From NCBI GenBank assembly GCA_913030625.1, contig CAJWDN010000001.1, forward strand, positions 33,331-97,330: a stretch of DNA of 64,000 nt, read 5' to 3'. Positions within the stretch are counted from its first letter, which is position 1. Every line of letters starts with the position of its first letter. Source of the DNA: an uncultured Gammaproteobacteria bacterium. Its GTDB lineage: Bacteria; Pseudomonadota; Gammaproteobacteria; Pseudomonadales; Azotimanducaceae. Both the position numbers and the translations under genes were made by a program. Below the pieces are notes generated by a model, which was not told the DNA's origin, did no database searches, and saw nothing but the letters and a program-made list of their open reading frames with translations. Below are positions 49,026-59,383 of this stretch, piece after piece.

Positions 49026-51080
49026 CCCCAGCGCTTGCTTCAGCGCCGTGAGTTCGCTAATCGGTTGCGATGCTTGGCCATCAGCGAATACAAAGGCGCT
49101 GACTTCGGCGCGAGTGGCAGCGCTGACAAGTCCCGGTAAGTAGTCGGGGACCGGCCCGCCGATGTCGTAAGGCAGGCAGTAGATTTTCAGCCAAGGGCTG
49201 TAGCCGCTGATCAGTGCATCCCGCCACTGGGTCATCTCGTCAAGCGGGCCGCGCAACACCACGGTTAAAGCATTTGCGTCGAACTGCAGCGCGCTGATCA
49301 ACCCGCAGTGGTTGGCAGGGTAGCGCTCCATCGCCGCTCTGGCCCAGCGTAGGGTGTTGGTTGCGGCGTCCAGATAGGTGGTGTCTCCCAGCAGTTGGCC
49401 GAGCTGAACCAGGGCTTGGGTGAGCACTGCATTGCCTGGCGGTAGTGCCTCATCGAAGCTGGGCTTGGGGTTGAAGATCAGCGCTGGCTGGTCTGTTCCA
49501 GCGAAGTAGAATCCGCCGTTGTCGTTGTCGTAAAACAACGCGACCACGGTATCTGCAAGCGCCTTGGCGAAGAGGGCATCGGTGTCCCGCCAGCGATGGC
49601 TGAGTAGTGTCAGCAGCCCCTGCAGCACCGCGGCATAGTCGTCCAAATAGGCCGGGCCGCTGGTCTGTCCATCTTGCCAGCACACGCTGAGGTGCTCGCC
49701 ATCCCAACAATGGGTGCGCAAGAAGTCGGCGATCTCTTGTGCTGTATGCAGCCACGCTTCGTTGCCAAGCGCGTCAAAGGCATCGCACAGACCTGTGATC
49801 AGCAGACCATTCCAACCGCTGAGGATTTTTTTGTCGGTAATCGGCGGCGTCCGCTTTGCACGCTCTTCAAATAACCGTTCTTTTGCATCGCTGAGCAGGG
49901 CATCAGCACTCTGCTGCGTCATCGATAGGCGTTCGATCACAGACCGATAGGAGTCGCGCCGATGTAGCACCCAGTGGTTGTCCACGTTGGCGGGTTTATC
50001 CAAGGTATAAAGTGTCTCGATTAACAGGTAGGCATCCTCGTCGAGTAGCTTCTTTGCCTGCTCGCGTCGCCACAGATAGTGACGACCGCGTTGACCCTGG
50101 CTTGCGCCGTCCTGTCCGGCATAGAACCCGCCATGAGGGTCGCGCATCTCTCGCGTCAGCCAAGCCAGCGTCGTGGTCAGTGTATCTGCAAACAGCACAT
50201 CGCCGCCAAGTTTCATGGCCCGGGCATAAACGCTCAGCAGTTGAGCATTGTCATAGAGCACCTTTTCAAAATGCGGAACTCGCCACTGGCGATCCTGTGC
50301 ATAGCGAAAGAAACCGCCACCAATATGATCGAAGACGCCGCCCCTCGCGATTTGGGTCAACGTCGTCATGACCATTTCCAGCGTGTCTTTGTCCATGCCA
50401 TTGTCGCGACGCACGAAGGCCCAATGATTGAGCAAACGGTCGATACTGCCGGGCATGGCGAACTTCATGCTTTGACCAAAGCCGCCTTCGGCCGAGTCGA
50501 AGCGCTCGGCGAGGCCATCTCGGCAGGCGCTGATGAGAGCCGCGTCGGTCAGCTCAGGGTCGAGCACAGGCGAGGACAGCTGCCGAAGGGTATTGGACAA
50601 CTTGTCCGCCTGGCTGGTCAGTTCTGCGCGTTTTTTGTCATAAGCCTCGAACAGGCGCATGAGCAAATCTGCGAACCCTGGCTGGCCGTTTTGGGTCTGT
50701 GCGGGGAAGTAGGTGCCCGCAAAGAACGGCAGCAGGGTTTGCGGGTCGAGAAACAAGTTGAGTGGCCAACCTCCGCCGTGCTGCGTTAGTAACTGCATAG
50801 CGCTGAGATAGACCTTGTCCAGATCGGGCCGTTCCTCACGGTCGACTTTGATGCAGCAAAAGTGCTGGTTAAGCACATTGGCCGTCACCGCGTCGCTGAA
50901 AGACTCCCGTGACATGATCTGGCACCAATGCGATCCCGCGTAACCAATCGAGAGGAATATCGGTCGATCAGCTGATACGGCCTCGGCCAGCGAGCTGTCG
51001 CTCCAAGGTTGCCAGTGGACGGGCTGCTGCGCATGTTGTTGGAGATACAGGCTGGTCGCCTGCTGCAGATTGTTTTGCAT
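49017..51080 (-). CDS. Thioredoxin-domain protein, DUF255/YyaL family (N-terminal Trx-like domain plus (alpha/alpha)6 barrel)
   Basis: I place the start at M33 of the track ORF. It contains [13 protein letters not shown]...[22 protein letters not shown]...[11 protein letters not shown]. 687 aa. Its 3' end overlaps the gcvPB 3' end by 9 nt (convergent). Confidence 0.85.
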   Translation of the reverse strand: MQNNLQQATSLYLQQHAQQPVHWQPWSDSSLAEAVSADRPIFLSIGYAGSHWCQIMSRESFSDAVTANVLNQHFCCIKVDREERPDLDKVYLSAMQLLTQHGGGWPLNLFLDPQTLLPFFAGTYFPAQTQNGQPGFADLLMRLFEAYDKKRAELTSQADKLSNTLRQLSSPVLDPELTDAALISACRDGLAERFDSAEGGFGQSMKFAMPGSIDRLLNHWAFVRRDNGMDKDTLEMVMTTLTQIARGGVFDHIGGGFFRYAQDRQWRVPHFEKVLYDNAQLLSVYARAMKLGGDVLFADTLTTTLAWLTREMRDPHGGFYAGQDGASQGQRGRHYLWRREQAKKLLDEDAYLLIETLYTLDKPANVDNHWVLHRRDSYRSVIERLSMTQQSADALLSDAKERLFEERAKRTPPITDKKILSGWNGLLITGLCDAFDALGNEAWLHTAQEIADFLRTHCWDGEHLSVCWQDGQTSGPAYLDDYAAVLQGLLTLLSHRWRDTDALFAKALADTVVALFYDNDNGGFYFAGTDQPALIFNPKPSFDEALPPGNAVLTQALVQLGQLLGDTTYLDAATNTLRWARAAMERYPANHCGLISALQFDANALTVVLRGPLDEMTQWRDALISGYSPWLKIYCLPYDIGGPVPDYLPGLVSAATRAEVSAFVFADGQASQPISELTALKQALGLT

Positions 51081-51231
51081 GGTTGTCAATGGTCTTACTA
51101 GTGGCGTGAATACTGTGGACGAGGGGTCTATGTTCGCATGATTGCAATACGATGTGAGCAATCGACTCGCCGGCAAGAAAGCTCAGGTTGCTCAGGTGTA
51201 TTGTTGTAGAGTATGTGCAGAGGACAAGGTT

Positions 51232-51780
51232 ATGGATTCGACAGTCGACGAGCACGGATTTAGGCCCAATGTGGGCATCGCGCTTCTGCAAACACCGCCA
51301 ACACAGGCAGCGGCTAGCCGTGTGCTGTGGGCCCGCCGTATTGGCGGGTACAACGCTTGGCAATTTCCCCAAGGCGGCATTCATGTTGGCGAGTCTCCCG
51401 AGGATGCGGTCTACCGAGAGCTGCACGAGGAGATTGGCGTCGCCTCTGATGCAGTAACCATATTGGGTCAAACCAGCGATTGGCTGCACTACCGCCTGCC
51501 CAAGCACATGCGCCGCAAAAACGCGACGCCGGGCTTTGTCGGCCAAAAGCAGAAGTGGTTTTTGCTGCAGCTGCATGCGCCTGATGATGCGGTGCGGCTG
51601 GATTTACATGCCAAACCCGAATTCGATGATTGGCAGTGGGTGAGTTACTACTACCCCATCGGTGCGGTGGTGGATTTCAAGCAGGACGTGTATCGCAGGG
51701 CGCTGGTTGAACTGGCCCAATACCTACCCAGTGCATCGCGTAGCGCGGAACCGTCGGTGAATCAGGCGCATACTGGATAG
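51232..51780 (+). CDS. rppH: RNA pyrophosphohydrolase (Nudix)
   Basis: I place the start at M31 of the track ORF ([19 protein letters not shown]). The Nudix box [23 protein letters not shown] is present. It is upstream of ptsP, as in E. coli and Pseudomonas. Confidence 0.92.
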   Translation: MDSTVDEHGFRPNVGIALLQTPPTQAAASRVLWARRIGGYNAWQFPQGGIHVGESPEDAVYRELHEEIGVASDAVTILGQTSDWLHYRLPKHMRRKNATPGFVGQKQKWFLLQLHAPDDAVRLDLHAKPEFDDWQWVSYYYPIGAVVDFKQDVYRRALVELAQYLPSASRSAEPSVNQAHTG

Positions 51781-51786
51781 CCAGCC

Positions 51787-54072
51787 ATGCTCAATACGCT
51801 GCGAAATATCGTCCAAGACGTTGTCCAAGAGGGCGACTTCGCAGTCTCAGTGAAGCGGTTGGCTGCGCACATTAAGGATGCCTTGGGCACCGAGGTGTGT
51901 TCGATTTATTTGGCCTCCTCTGCCGATGCAGGCTATCTGCTCGCAGCGACAGATGGACTGAATACTCAGCAAGTAGGTGAAGTGTTGTTGGCTCGGGACC
52001 AAGGCCTAGTAGGACTGGTTGGCCGTCGGGCCGAACCGCTGAACCTCGAGTCCGCATCAAGCCACCCCAACTTTCATTTTGTGCCAGAAATCGGTGAGGA
52101 ACCTTTCAACGCGTTTCTCGGCGTACCCATTTTGCATCAAGGCCGGGTCTTGGGCGTGCTGGTCGTGCAGCAGCGAGAGCCGCGCAAGTTTGATGAGTCT
52201 GAAGAAGCTTTTTTGGTCACCCTATCTGCTCAGCTGGCCACCAGTGTTGCTCACGCTGAGGCTGTGGGAAGTTCCATGGTGGCGGATTCATCGATCAGCC
52301 CGATTGAAGACGGCCATTTCAAAGGCTTTGCCGGCGCGCCTGGCATTGGTGTCGGCACAGGCGTGGTCATACACCCGATTGCAGATTTGGATGCCGTGCC
52401 CAGTCGTCCGGCTGAAGATATGAGCAGTGAACTGGCTCAGCTAGACCATGCCGTTGAGGCGGTTCGCAGCGACATACGCGGCCTCATCGAAAGCCTGCAA
52501 GCAAGTTTGCCGCAAGAAGAACTCGCGCTTTTCGACGCCTACTTACACATGCTCGACGACGGAGCCTTGGCCGGGGACATTCGAGAAGAGATTCTTCGCG
52601 GCGAGTGGGCCCAAGGCGCGCTGCGCAAGGTTATCCGCCAGCACACTCGTCGCTTTGAAGTCATGGACGATCCCTACTTACGAGAGCGCGGTACCGACGT
52701 CAAAGATCTCGGTGTAAGGGTGCTGGCTTATATGCAGCGCATCCGCGAGCAGCGCACGCAGTTTCCCGACAGCAGCATCTTGGTTGGTGAAGAGATAACC
52801 CCGGCAATGCTAGGCGCCATCCCTGCAGAACAGCTGGGTGGTGTGGTATCGGTGGGTGGTTCAGGCAACTCCCATGTCGCGATACTGGCTCGAGCCATGG
52901 GTGTACCGGCAGTGATGGGTGCGCTGGATCTGCCCACCTATGAGCTAGAGGGCGCTAGTCTGATCGTCGATGGTCACTACGGCGACGTCTACACCCGTCC
53001 TAGCGCAGAGCGCCTCGCAGAAAACAAACTACTGCTGCAGCAGGAGCAGGTCTTCGCTGAGGAGCTCAATGACCTGAAAGAGCTGCCCGGTGTGACCCGG
53101 GATGGATGGCAGGTGCAGCTCTGGGTGAACATTGGTCTTGCTGGTGACATTACGCGGTCGTTGGATCGGGGCGCCGAAGGTATAGGCCTGTTCCGCACCG
53201 AAGTGCCCTTCATGAGCCAAGATCGATTCCCGACAGAGATGGAGCAAAGGGCCCTGTACCGCGAGCATATGGAAGCTTTCGAGCCTCGGCCGGTGACCAT
53301 GCGCACGTTGGACATCGGTGGCGACAAAGCGCTGTCCTATTTTCCCATTCAAGAAGAAAACCCGTTTTTGGGTTGGCGCGGCATACGCGTGACGTTGGAC
53401 CACCCGGAGATCTTCTTGGTGCAAGTGCGCGCCATGCTGAAAGCCAACGAGGGTCTGCGCGGCGATCTACGCATCATGCTGCCGATGATTTCGAGTCTTA
53501 CGGAGTTTCGTCGCGCCAAGGGTTTGATCAATCAGGCGTATACCGAGGTCATTGAAGAGGGAGTGCAGGTTAAGCGACCGCAAATTGGCGTGCTGATCGA
53601 GGTGCCCGCAGCGGTCTATCAAGCGCGGCTACTGGCCAAAGAAGCAGACTTCATGGCAGTGGGGTCTAACGACCTCACCCAATACTTATTGGCGGTAGAT
53701 CGCAACAATCCACGAGTTGCCGATCTCTACCAAGAAGTGCACCCAGCGGTAATCATGGCGCTTCGGGAAGTCGCGCGAGCCGTACACGCCGAAGAGAAAC
53801 CGTTAGGCATTTGCGGCGAATTAGCCGGGACCCCAGCTGGGGCGATTTTGCTGATGGCGATGGGTTATCATGTGCTTTCCATGAACGCTACGCACTTACT
53901 GCGGGTGAAGTGGGTGATACGCAACATTAAACGCAGTGATGCCCGCCGCATGCTCGCGCGGGTGCTGCGCATGGATACCGCGGAAGAAGTGGCGCCCTTT
54001 CTGAACAAAGAAATGGTTCGCCTTGGGCTGAGCAAGGTGATGCCCGCCCGCTCAGCCACGCAGACGCCCTAA
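51787..54072 (+). CDS. ptsP: Phosphoenolpyruvate-protein phosphotransferase PtsP (EI-Ntr, GAF-domain)
   Basis: 761 aa with an N-terminal GAF domain, the phospho-His region GGSGNSHVAILARAMGVPAV, and the PEP-binding C-terminus GSNDLTQY. Confidence 0.95.
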   Translation: MLNTLRNIVQDVVQEGDFAVSVKRLAAHIKDALGTEVCSIYLASSADAGYLLAATDGLNTQQVGEVLLARDQGLVGLVGRRAEPLNLESASSHPNFHFVPEIGEEPFNAFLGVPILHQGRVLGVLVVQQREPRKFDESEEAFLVTLSAQLATSVAHAEAVGSSMVADSSISPIEDGHFKGFAGAPGIGVGTGVVIHPIADLDAVPSRPAEDMSSELAQLDHAVEAVRSDIRGLIESLQASLPQEELALFDAYLHMLDDGALAGDIREEILRGEWAQGALRKVIRQHTRRFEVMDDPYLRERGTDVKDLGVRVLAYMQRIREQRTQFPDSSILVGEEITPAMLGAIPAEQLGGVVSVGGSGNSHVAILARAMGVPAVMGALDLPTYELEGASLIVDGHYGDVYTRPSAERLAENKLLLQQEQVFAEELNDLKELPGVTRDGWQVQLWVNIGLAGDITRSLDRGAEGIGLFRTEVPFMSQDRFPTEMEQRALYREHMEAFEPRPVTMRTLDIGGDKALSYFPIQEENPFLGWRGIRVTLDHPEIFLVQVRAMLKANEGLRGDLRIMLPMISSLTEFRRAKGLINQAYTEVIEEGVQVKRPQIGVLIEVPAAVYQARLLAKEADFMAVGSNDLTQYLLAVDRNNPRVADLYQEVHPAVIMALREVARAVHAEEKPLGICGELAGTPAGAILLMAMGYHVLSMNATHLLRVKWVIRNIKRSDARRMLARVLRMDTAEEVAPFLNKEMVRLGLSKVMPARSATQTP

Positions 54073-54077
54073 CGCGC

Positions 54078-54881
54078 CTACACAGCCTTTGACAGGCCGC
54101 CATCCATATTGATCGCACAGCCGGTCAGGTAAGAAGCGCGCTCACTGGCTAAGAATAATGCCAAGTCTGCGGCTTCTTCCGCTCGCCCCATGCGCTGCAT
54201 GGGCAGGCGCGCACCTGCCTTGGTAATGAACTGCTCGAGTGACAAATCACTGTCGCTGGCGGCGTGTTGGCGCCGAATCTGATCGCTCTCAATAAAGCCA
54301 ATAAGCATAGCGTTCACCAAAATATTGTCGGCAGCACCCTCGGCGCTGAGCACCTTGGTCAGCGCCATACCTGCCGCCCGGGAAATCGACGTTGGTGCAG
54401 TGCCTGCGTCGGGCAGCTTGGCATAGACGTTGAGCAGGTTAATCACCCGACCCCATTGTTGCTCTGCCATGGCTGGCCATACCAAGCGCGTCAGTCGTAC
54501 CGCAGCCATCAGTTTTAAATCTAAATCCGTCTGCCACTCCTCGTCGGTAATCTTCAAGAATTGCTTGGCCGCCGATTGACCCGCGTTATTCACCAGTATG
54601 TCGACGCTACCGAGGGCTTCGACTACTTTGGCGTGAGTGGTTTGGATCGCATCTGGATCGGTGACATCACAGACGAAGCTCGCCACCTCGGCGCTGGCTG
54701 CGTACTCACTCGGCAGTTCCATGGCGCGGATTTGCGCTTCAGCATCATTCAAATCGTCAGCGCCTCGGGCCAGTAGCGCGACCTTGGCACCGTGGCTGAC
54801 ATAGGCCCTCGCCATCGCCAGCCCCAAACCTTTACTGCCCCCGGTGATCAGTGCGACGCGTCCGTTTAATGATGTATCCAA
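54078..54881 (-). CDS. SDR family oxidoreductase
   Basis: The homology starts at LDTSLNGRVALITGGSKGLGLA (TGxxxGxG), with NNAG further on. I chose the TTG start at 54881 (GGGAGAG about 5 nt upstream). The rest of the 504-aa track ORF is antisense to the GST gene and was rejected. Confidence 0.85.
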   Translation of the reverse strand: MDTSLNGRVALITGGSKGLGLAMARAYVSHGAKVALLARGADDLNDAEAQIRAMELPSEYAASAEVASFVCDVTDPDAIQTTHAKVVEALGSVDILVNNAGQSAAKQFLKITDEEWQTDLDLKLMAAVRLTRLVWPAMAEQQWGRVINLLNVYAKLPDAGTAPTSISRAAGMALTKVLSAEGAADNILVNAMLIGFIESDQIRRQHAASDSDLSLEQFITKAGARLPMQRMGRAEEAADLALFLASERASYLTGCAINMDGGLSKAV

Positions 54882-54956
54882 AATGCTCTCCCTAGTCACG
54901 GCTATTGCCGTGATGACAGAATAGCCCCAACGAGAACAAACATCAGGGGATTTACG

Positions 54957-55697
54957 ATGCTGGACCTTCACTACTGGCCAACACCTAATGGCAAGAAAAT
55001 CACCATCCAGCTCGAGGAGTGTGGTCTCGATTACAACGTAATCGAATGCAACATCGGCAAGGGCGATCAATTCACCGAAGAGTTCTTGGCGATCAACCCC
55101 AACACTCGGATGCCAGCCTTGGTAGATCACGCGCCCGCTGATGGCCAAGGGCCTCTGTCGGTGTTTGAGTCCGGCGCCATCATGCTCTACATCGCAGAAA
55201 AAACCGGTCAGTTCATGCCAAGCGATCCAAGAGGCAAGTATGAGGTCGTGCAGTGGGTCATGTGGCAGATGGCCAATCAAGGGCCGAAGAGTGGCGAGTG
55301 CGGGCACTTTCGTCGCCTCGGTGACGATGCTGGCGATCAAACCTACGCCATTACGCGCTTTACCGATGAAGTGAACCGTTTCTATGGGGTGCTCAACAAT
55401 AAGCTCTACAACCAGCGCTACTTGTGCGGTGACGAATACACCATCGCCGACATGATCTGCTATCCATGGACGATTAACTGGGAAGGGCAAGGCCAAGGCA
55501 TTGGCGAATTCAAATACTTCAAACGTTGGTTTGACGAACTTGGTCAACGACCCGCCGTGCAGCGTGGTATGGCAGTAGGTGCGCAGATGCAAAACGACTA
55601 CTCCAATCTGCCCAAGGAAGAAATCGCCGCACTGCGCGCTCTGCTCTACAACCAGCGGGCGAGACCTGCGCCGGAAACGGGTGGTCTTGAGGCGTGA
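54957..55697 (+). CDS. Glutathione S-transferase, YfcG/Nu-class-like
   Basis: MLDLHYWPTPNGKKITIQLEECGLDYNVIECNIGKGDQFTEEFLAINPNTRMPALVDH parallels E. coli YfcG as I recall it. Confidence 0.88.
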   Translation: MLDLHYWPTPNGKKITIQLEECGLDYNVIECNIGKGDQFTEEFLAINPNTRMPALVDHAPADGQGPLSVFESGAIMLYIAEKTGQFMPSDPRGKYEVVQWVMWQMANQGPKSGECGHFRRLGDDAGDQTYAITRFTDEVNRFYGVLNNKLYNQRYLCGDEYTIADMICYPWTINWEGQGQGIGEFKYFKRWFDELGQRPAVQRGMAVGAQMQNDYSNLPKEEIAALRALLYNQRARPAPETGGLEA

Positions 55698-55741
55698 TAG
55701 GTTATTCTTCAGTACCCAACAATTAATATTTGGGGAAATTC

Positions 55742-56206
55742 ATGCAGGCCATCGAATCGATTGAAGCGCTCGAGGCTCACTACGGAAAAGTCTCGCCTCT
55801 GGCCATAAGCAAGGTCTGTGATCACATTACTGCCTTGTATCAGCGATGGATTAAGGCCTCGCGTTTCATCATTTTGTCGACTGTGGGGCCGGACGGCACC
55901 GATGTCAGCCCCCGGGGCGACAACGACGAGGTGGTGCGTATTGTCGATGCGAGAGCTCTCTGGCTACCGGACTGGAAGGGTAACAATCGCCTCGACTCCC
56001 TTAAAAATATCGTCGAAGACGGGCGCCTCAGCCTGATGTTTATGGTGCCCGGCTCTGACACCGTGGTGCGGATTAATGGCGAGGCCATCGTCACGGCAGA
56101 CGATGACATTACCGGCGTCTTTGGTAGGCGAGCTAGTTTGCTCGGTGTTTTCGCTCTCCTAATTCAGCGCCATGTGCCGCACATCGTGCGCGCGGAAGAC
56201 CTTTAG
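55742..56206 (+). CDS. Pyridoxamine 5'-phosphate oxidase (PPOX)-type FMN-binding family protein
   Basis: Contains FIILSTVGPDGTDVSPRGD...LWLPDWKGNNRLDSLKNIVEDGRLSLMFMVPGSDTVVRINGEA. I place the start at the ATG (M5 of the track ORF), with GGGGAA upstream. The ORF may be short at its C-terminus. Confidence 0.7.
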   Translation: MQAIESIEALEAHYGKVSPLAISKVCDHITALYQRWIKASRFIILSTVGPDGTDVSPRGDNDEVVRIVDARALWLPDWKGNNRLDSLKNIVEDGRLSLMFMVPGSDTVVRINGEAIVTADDDITGVFGRRASLLGVFALLIQRHVPHIVRAEDL

Positions 56207-56253
56207 GGTTGACACACATCGGGTGCCGTGGCTCCAGCCGCCTGCGGTGAGGG

Positions 56254-57039
56254 CTAGCTTTGTGGAGAAGTGTCGATTGTTTCAACCGCGAATTCGTATT
56301 CGACCTTGGGGCCGCTCACCCCATCGGGCAAATAGGTTTGTTCCGCAAAGTAGATTTGCTCGCGCCCCATGCGCACGACCGTGCTGGCACGAGTGCCATA
56401 GTTGCTGTCGCGAATAAAGCACGAGCTGAGTTGGCGCTCGACTTCTACCGGTCTGCCGCGATCAGGCAGGCGTTGATCGTCGGGCTTGTTTTGGTCGTTA
56501 AGCAGGTTGATGAACTCGACGTTGTCGTATGCCCTGTCAGCGAGTTCTCCCAACCGACGTGCGCCATCCACACATTTCGGCCATGTCGCGCCCAGTTCGG
56601 CATTGCTAAGGCCGTAGTCGCCTGCAGGCAGTAAGCGGCTGCGCGGCTGATCGGGCTGGGAGACATTGGTGGTATAGAGCAGACGCGCTCCGTCAAATAG
56701 CAGTAGGTTGTATCCGGCGTACTGGTCGGCCTTTATGCTGAGCGCAAAATCCTTAACCGACTGGCCGCCGGCCAAAAAACCGTGAACCAGTTCGCCGCGA
56801 GATTTTGGCCAGGTCGCTGGGCCGTCTTGGGTGAAATTGGTCAGCGCCGCAAAGCGCCCTTGGCGAGAACAGCCAAGCCAAGTACCACCGGCGACCAAGT
56901 CTTGGCCCGCTAGAATATTGGGTTGCTCTGCCCAAAACTGGGCGCCAGCGCTTGCCCGCTTATGAAATTCGTCGCGATTGGCCGCGACCAGCAATGGCTC
57001 GGCGGTTTGGGGCCGAAAACGAAACAAGATCAAGCACAT
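56254..57039 (-). CDS. NRDE family protein (DUF833 / TANGO2-like)
   Basis: From M8 the sequence reads MCLILFRF...LLVAANRDEF...GGTWLG, the family signature. Confidence 0.8.
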   Translation of the reverse strand: MCLILFRFRPQTAEPLLVAANRDEFHKRASAGAQFWAEQPNILAGQDLVAGGTWLGCSRQGRFAALTNFTQDGPATWPKSRGELVHGFLAGGQSVKDFALSIKADQYAGYNLLLFDGARLLYTTNVSQPDQPRSRLLPAGDYGLSNAELGATWPKCVDGARRLGELADRAYDNVEFINLLNDQNKPDDQRLPDRGRPVEVERQLSSCFIRDSNYGTRASTVVRMGREQIYFAEQTYLPDGVSGPKVEYEFAVETIDTSPQS

Positions 57040-57126
57040 AAAACGCGAACTGGCTGACAAAGAAGCCGGCGAGTGTAGCAGGACTTTGCGTTATCCTGCG
57101 GCCCAAGTTTTCAGGTGCCAGCTGCC

Positions 57127-57975
57127 ATGCACTATCCGATTATCGATCCCATCATTGTCTCCATCGGCCCGCTGGCCCTGCGTTGGTATGGCCTCACCTG
57201 GTTGATTGGATTTGCCGCCGTATACCTGCTCGGTCAATGGCGTATCAACAATCGGCCAGACCTGCTAAACGCGCGCTGGGATGTAGAACAGCTATCAGAC
57301 TTGGTCTTTTACGGCGCCATGGGTGCCGTACTCGGCGGCCGCATCGGCTACGCCTTTTTCTATGGATTCGAGCGATTAGCAGCAGACCCTCTGTACTTGT
57401 TCCGTATTTGGGAAGGCGGCATGTCATTCCATGGCGGCTTTCTTGGGGTGCTGGTCGCCATGTTGATATTCGGTCGTCGGTACGACAAAGACTTCCTCAC
57501 CGTTACCGATTTTCTTGCCCCGCTGTGTCCCATCGGTTTGGGTTCTGTGCGTATCGGCAACTTCATCAATATGGAACTGCCGGGCCGGGTGACCGAGAGC
57601 AGCTTGGGTTTGGTCTTTCAGTGCCAAGCGGTGCGCGAATTAAATCCCATGTGCTTTGGTGTCTGGGAAAATGTCGCAAGGCACCCGTCGTCTTTGTATC
57701 AAGCGGCCACCGAGGGGGCTTTGCTATTCGTGCTGCTTTGGTGGCTGTCCATGAAACCCCGAGCGAAGGGAGTGCTGTCGGGAGCCTTCTTGCTGGGCTA
57801 CGGCTGCTTGCGATTTTCCACAGAGTTTTTACGTTCGCCGGATGGGCATATTGGGTTCGTGCTGTTCGAATTCATCAGCATGGGACAGTTGCTGTCGCTG
57901 CCCATGATCATCGCTGGTCTGTGGCTGAGCTTCTGGACTCGCGCGAATGTCAACACCGGGAAAACGGCGGGTTAA
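57127..57975 (+). CDS. lgt: Phosphatidylglycerol-prolipoprotein diacylglyceryl transferase
   Basis: Contains IDPIIVSIGPLALRWYGL, GGRIGY, W.GGMSFHGG and GR.GNFIN.EL.GR. I place the start at ATG 57127. Confidence 0.95.
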   Translation: MHYPIIDPIIVSIGPLALRWYGLTWLIGFAAVYLLGQWRINNRPDLLNARWDVEQLSDLVFYGAMGAVLGGRIGYAFFYGFERLAADPLYLFRIWEGGMSFHGGFLGVLVAMLIFGRRYDKDFLTVTDFLAPLCPIGLGSVRIGNFINMELPGRVTESSLGLVFQCQAVRELNPMCFGVWENVARHPSSLYQAATEGALLFVLLWWLSMKPRAKGVLSGAFLLGYGCLRFSTEFLRSPDGHIGFVLFEFISMGQLLSLPMIIAGLWLSFWTRANVNTGKTAG

Positions 57976-58053
57976 GCGCAAGCTATTAAGATCTCATCGC
58001 CCAGCCAAAACATGACTGGTAACATCAGGTCTCGCTCAGTGAAGGCAATGGAC

Positions 58054-58848
58054 ATGCAACAGTATCTGGACCTGATGCGCCACGTTCGCGAAAACGGCAC
58101 CTTCAAAGCCGACCGAACGGGCACCGGTACCTATAGCGTTTTTGGTCATCAAATGCGTTTCGACCTTGCCGCCGGGTTTCCCTTGGTTACTAGCAAAAAA
58201 ATGTTCCTTAAGGGCATCATTCACGAGCTGCTGTGGTTTTTATCTGGCTCCACCAACATCTCCTACCTGACCGATCACAACGTGCATATCTGGGATGAGT
58301 GGGCAGACGAGCACGGTGAGTTAGGCCCAGTGTACGGTTCGCAGTGGCGCTCTTGGCCCGGCCCCGATGGCAGTACGATTGATCAAATCGAGACGCTAGT
58401 CGAAGGCATACGCAACAACCCCGACAGTCGCCGGCATATTGTCAGCGCTTGGAATGTTGCCGAGGTGAACAATATGGCGCTGCCGCCTTGCCATACGCTG
58501 TTTCAGTTCTACGTTGCCGACGGCAAGCTGTCGTGCCAGCTGTATCAGCGCAGTGCCGACATATTTCTGGGCGTGCCGTTTAACATCGCTTCCTACGCGC
58601 TGCTTACCATGATGATCGCCCAAGTTTGCGACTTAGAGCTGGGCGACTTTGTGCACACCATGGGCGATGCTCATCTCTACACGAACCATCTGGAACAGAC
58701 AGATCTACAGCTCTCGCGCAGCCCGCTGCCGCTGCCGCAAATGCACTTGAACCCTGCGGTGAAAGATATCTTCGGCTTTGCCTACGAAGATTTTGAGCTC
58801 GTCGGTTACGAGTGCCACGGCGGTATCAAGGCGCCCATCGCGGTCTGA
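58054..58848 (+). CDS. thyA: Thymidylate synthase
   Basis: I place the start at M15 of the track ORF ([25 protein letters not shown]). The active site LPPCH is present. The 264 aa equal the length of E. coli ThyA. Confidence 0.97.
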   Translation: MQQYLDLMRHVRENGTFKADRTGTGTYSVFGHQMRFDLAAGFPLVTSKKMFLKGIIHELLWFLSGSTNISYLTDHNVHIWDEWADEHGELGPVYGSQWRSWPGPDGSTIDQIETLVEGIRNNPDSRRHIVSAWNVAEVNNMALPPCHTLFQFYVADGKLSCQLYQRSADIFLGVPFNIASYALLTMMIAQVCDLELGDFVHTMGDAHLYTNHLEQTDLQLSRSPLPLPQMHLNPAVKDIFGFAYEDFELVGYECHGGIKAPIAV

Positions 58849-58862
58849 ATTAGGACAAAGAC

Positions 58863-59369
58863 ATGCAGCTATCACTGATATGGGCCATGGCCGAAAATCG
58901 GGTCATCGGTCGCGATAACTCGCTGCCTTGGCGGCTACCCAATGACATGCGTCACTTTATGAAAACCACCATGGGCCGTCCGGTAATCATGGGACGTAAA
59001 ACCTTCGAGTCGATGAAGGCGCCACTGCCGGGCCGAACGAATATCGTGCTCACGCAAAACGCTCAGTGGCAGCGTGAAGGCGCGCAGGTTGCAACCACCC
59101 TTGAAGAAGCCATTGCGCTCGCAGAAAGCCAATGCGTCATCGACGGTGTGGATGAGGTGATGATCATTGGCGGAGCGCAAATTTACGCGCTGGCCCTGCC
59201 CATCGCAGATCGACTGTACTTGACCACGGTGCACGCGGAACCTGCGGGGGATATCTTCTTTCCGCATTTCGACCTGCAGCCATGGCGTGTTGTCGCCGAA
59301 CAGCGATGTGAGGCCGATGAACGTCACAGTAGCGCCTACACGTTTCAAACCCTCGAGCGCGGGTCTTAA
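58863..59369 (+). CDS. folA: Dihydrofolate reductase
   Basis: Contains LIWAMAENRVIGRDN.LPW.LP.D...F, GRKTFES and GGAQIY. 168 aa. Confidence 0.95.
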   Translation: MQLSLIWAMAENRVIGRDNSLPWRLPNDMRHFMKTTMGRPVIMGRKTFESMKAPLPGRTNIVLTQNAQWQREGAQVATTLEEAIALAESQCVIDGVDEVMIIGGAQIYALALPIADRLYLTTVHAEPAGDIFFPHFDLQPWRVVAEQRCEADERHSSAYTFQTLERGS

Positions 59370-59383
59370 CAGGCTCAAACGCC

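Noticed and set aside
54882-55592. The N-terminal 237 codons of the 504-aa track ORF (54078..55592, minus strand).
   Set aside because: Only the C-terminal 267 aa show SDR features (TGGSKGLG onward). The upstream part is an open antisense frame across the well-supported GST gene (54957..55697), has no recognisable motifs, and is preceded by a good internal SD-TTG start at 54881.
55742-56206. Possible C-terminal truncation of the PPOX-family protein. It has 154-158 aa against roughly 200 aa as I recall for the family, and the ORF ends ...HIVRAEDL-TAG close to the convergent NRDE gene.
   Set aside because: I cannot align the C-terminus confidently from memory, and family lengths vary. A real alignment to family members is needed before calling it a pseudogene.
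57183-57989. A 268-aa same-strand alternative-frame ORF inside lgt.
   Set aside because: The overlapping frame 57127..57975 encodes a textbook Lgt. The alternative frame is Arg/Ala/Gly-rich, the low-complexity sequence typical of off-frame translation in GC-rich DNA.
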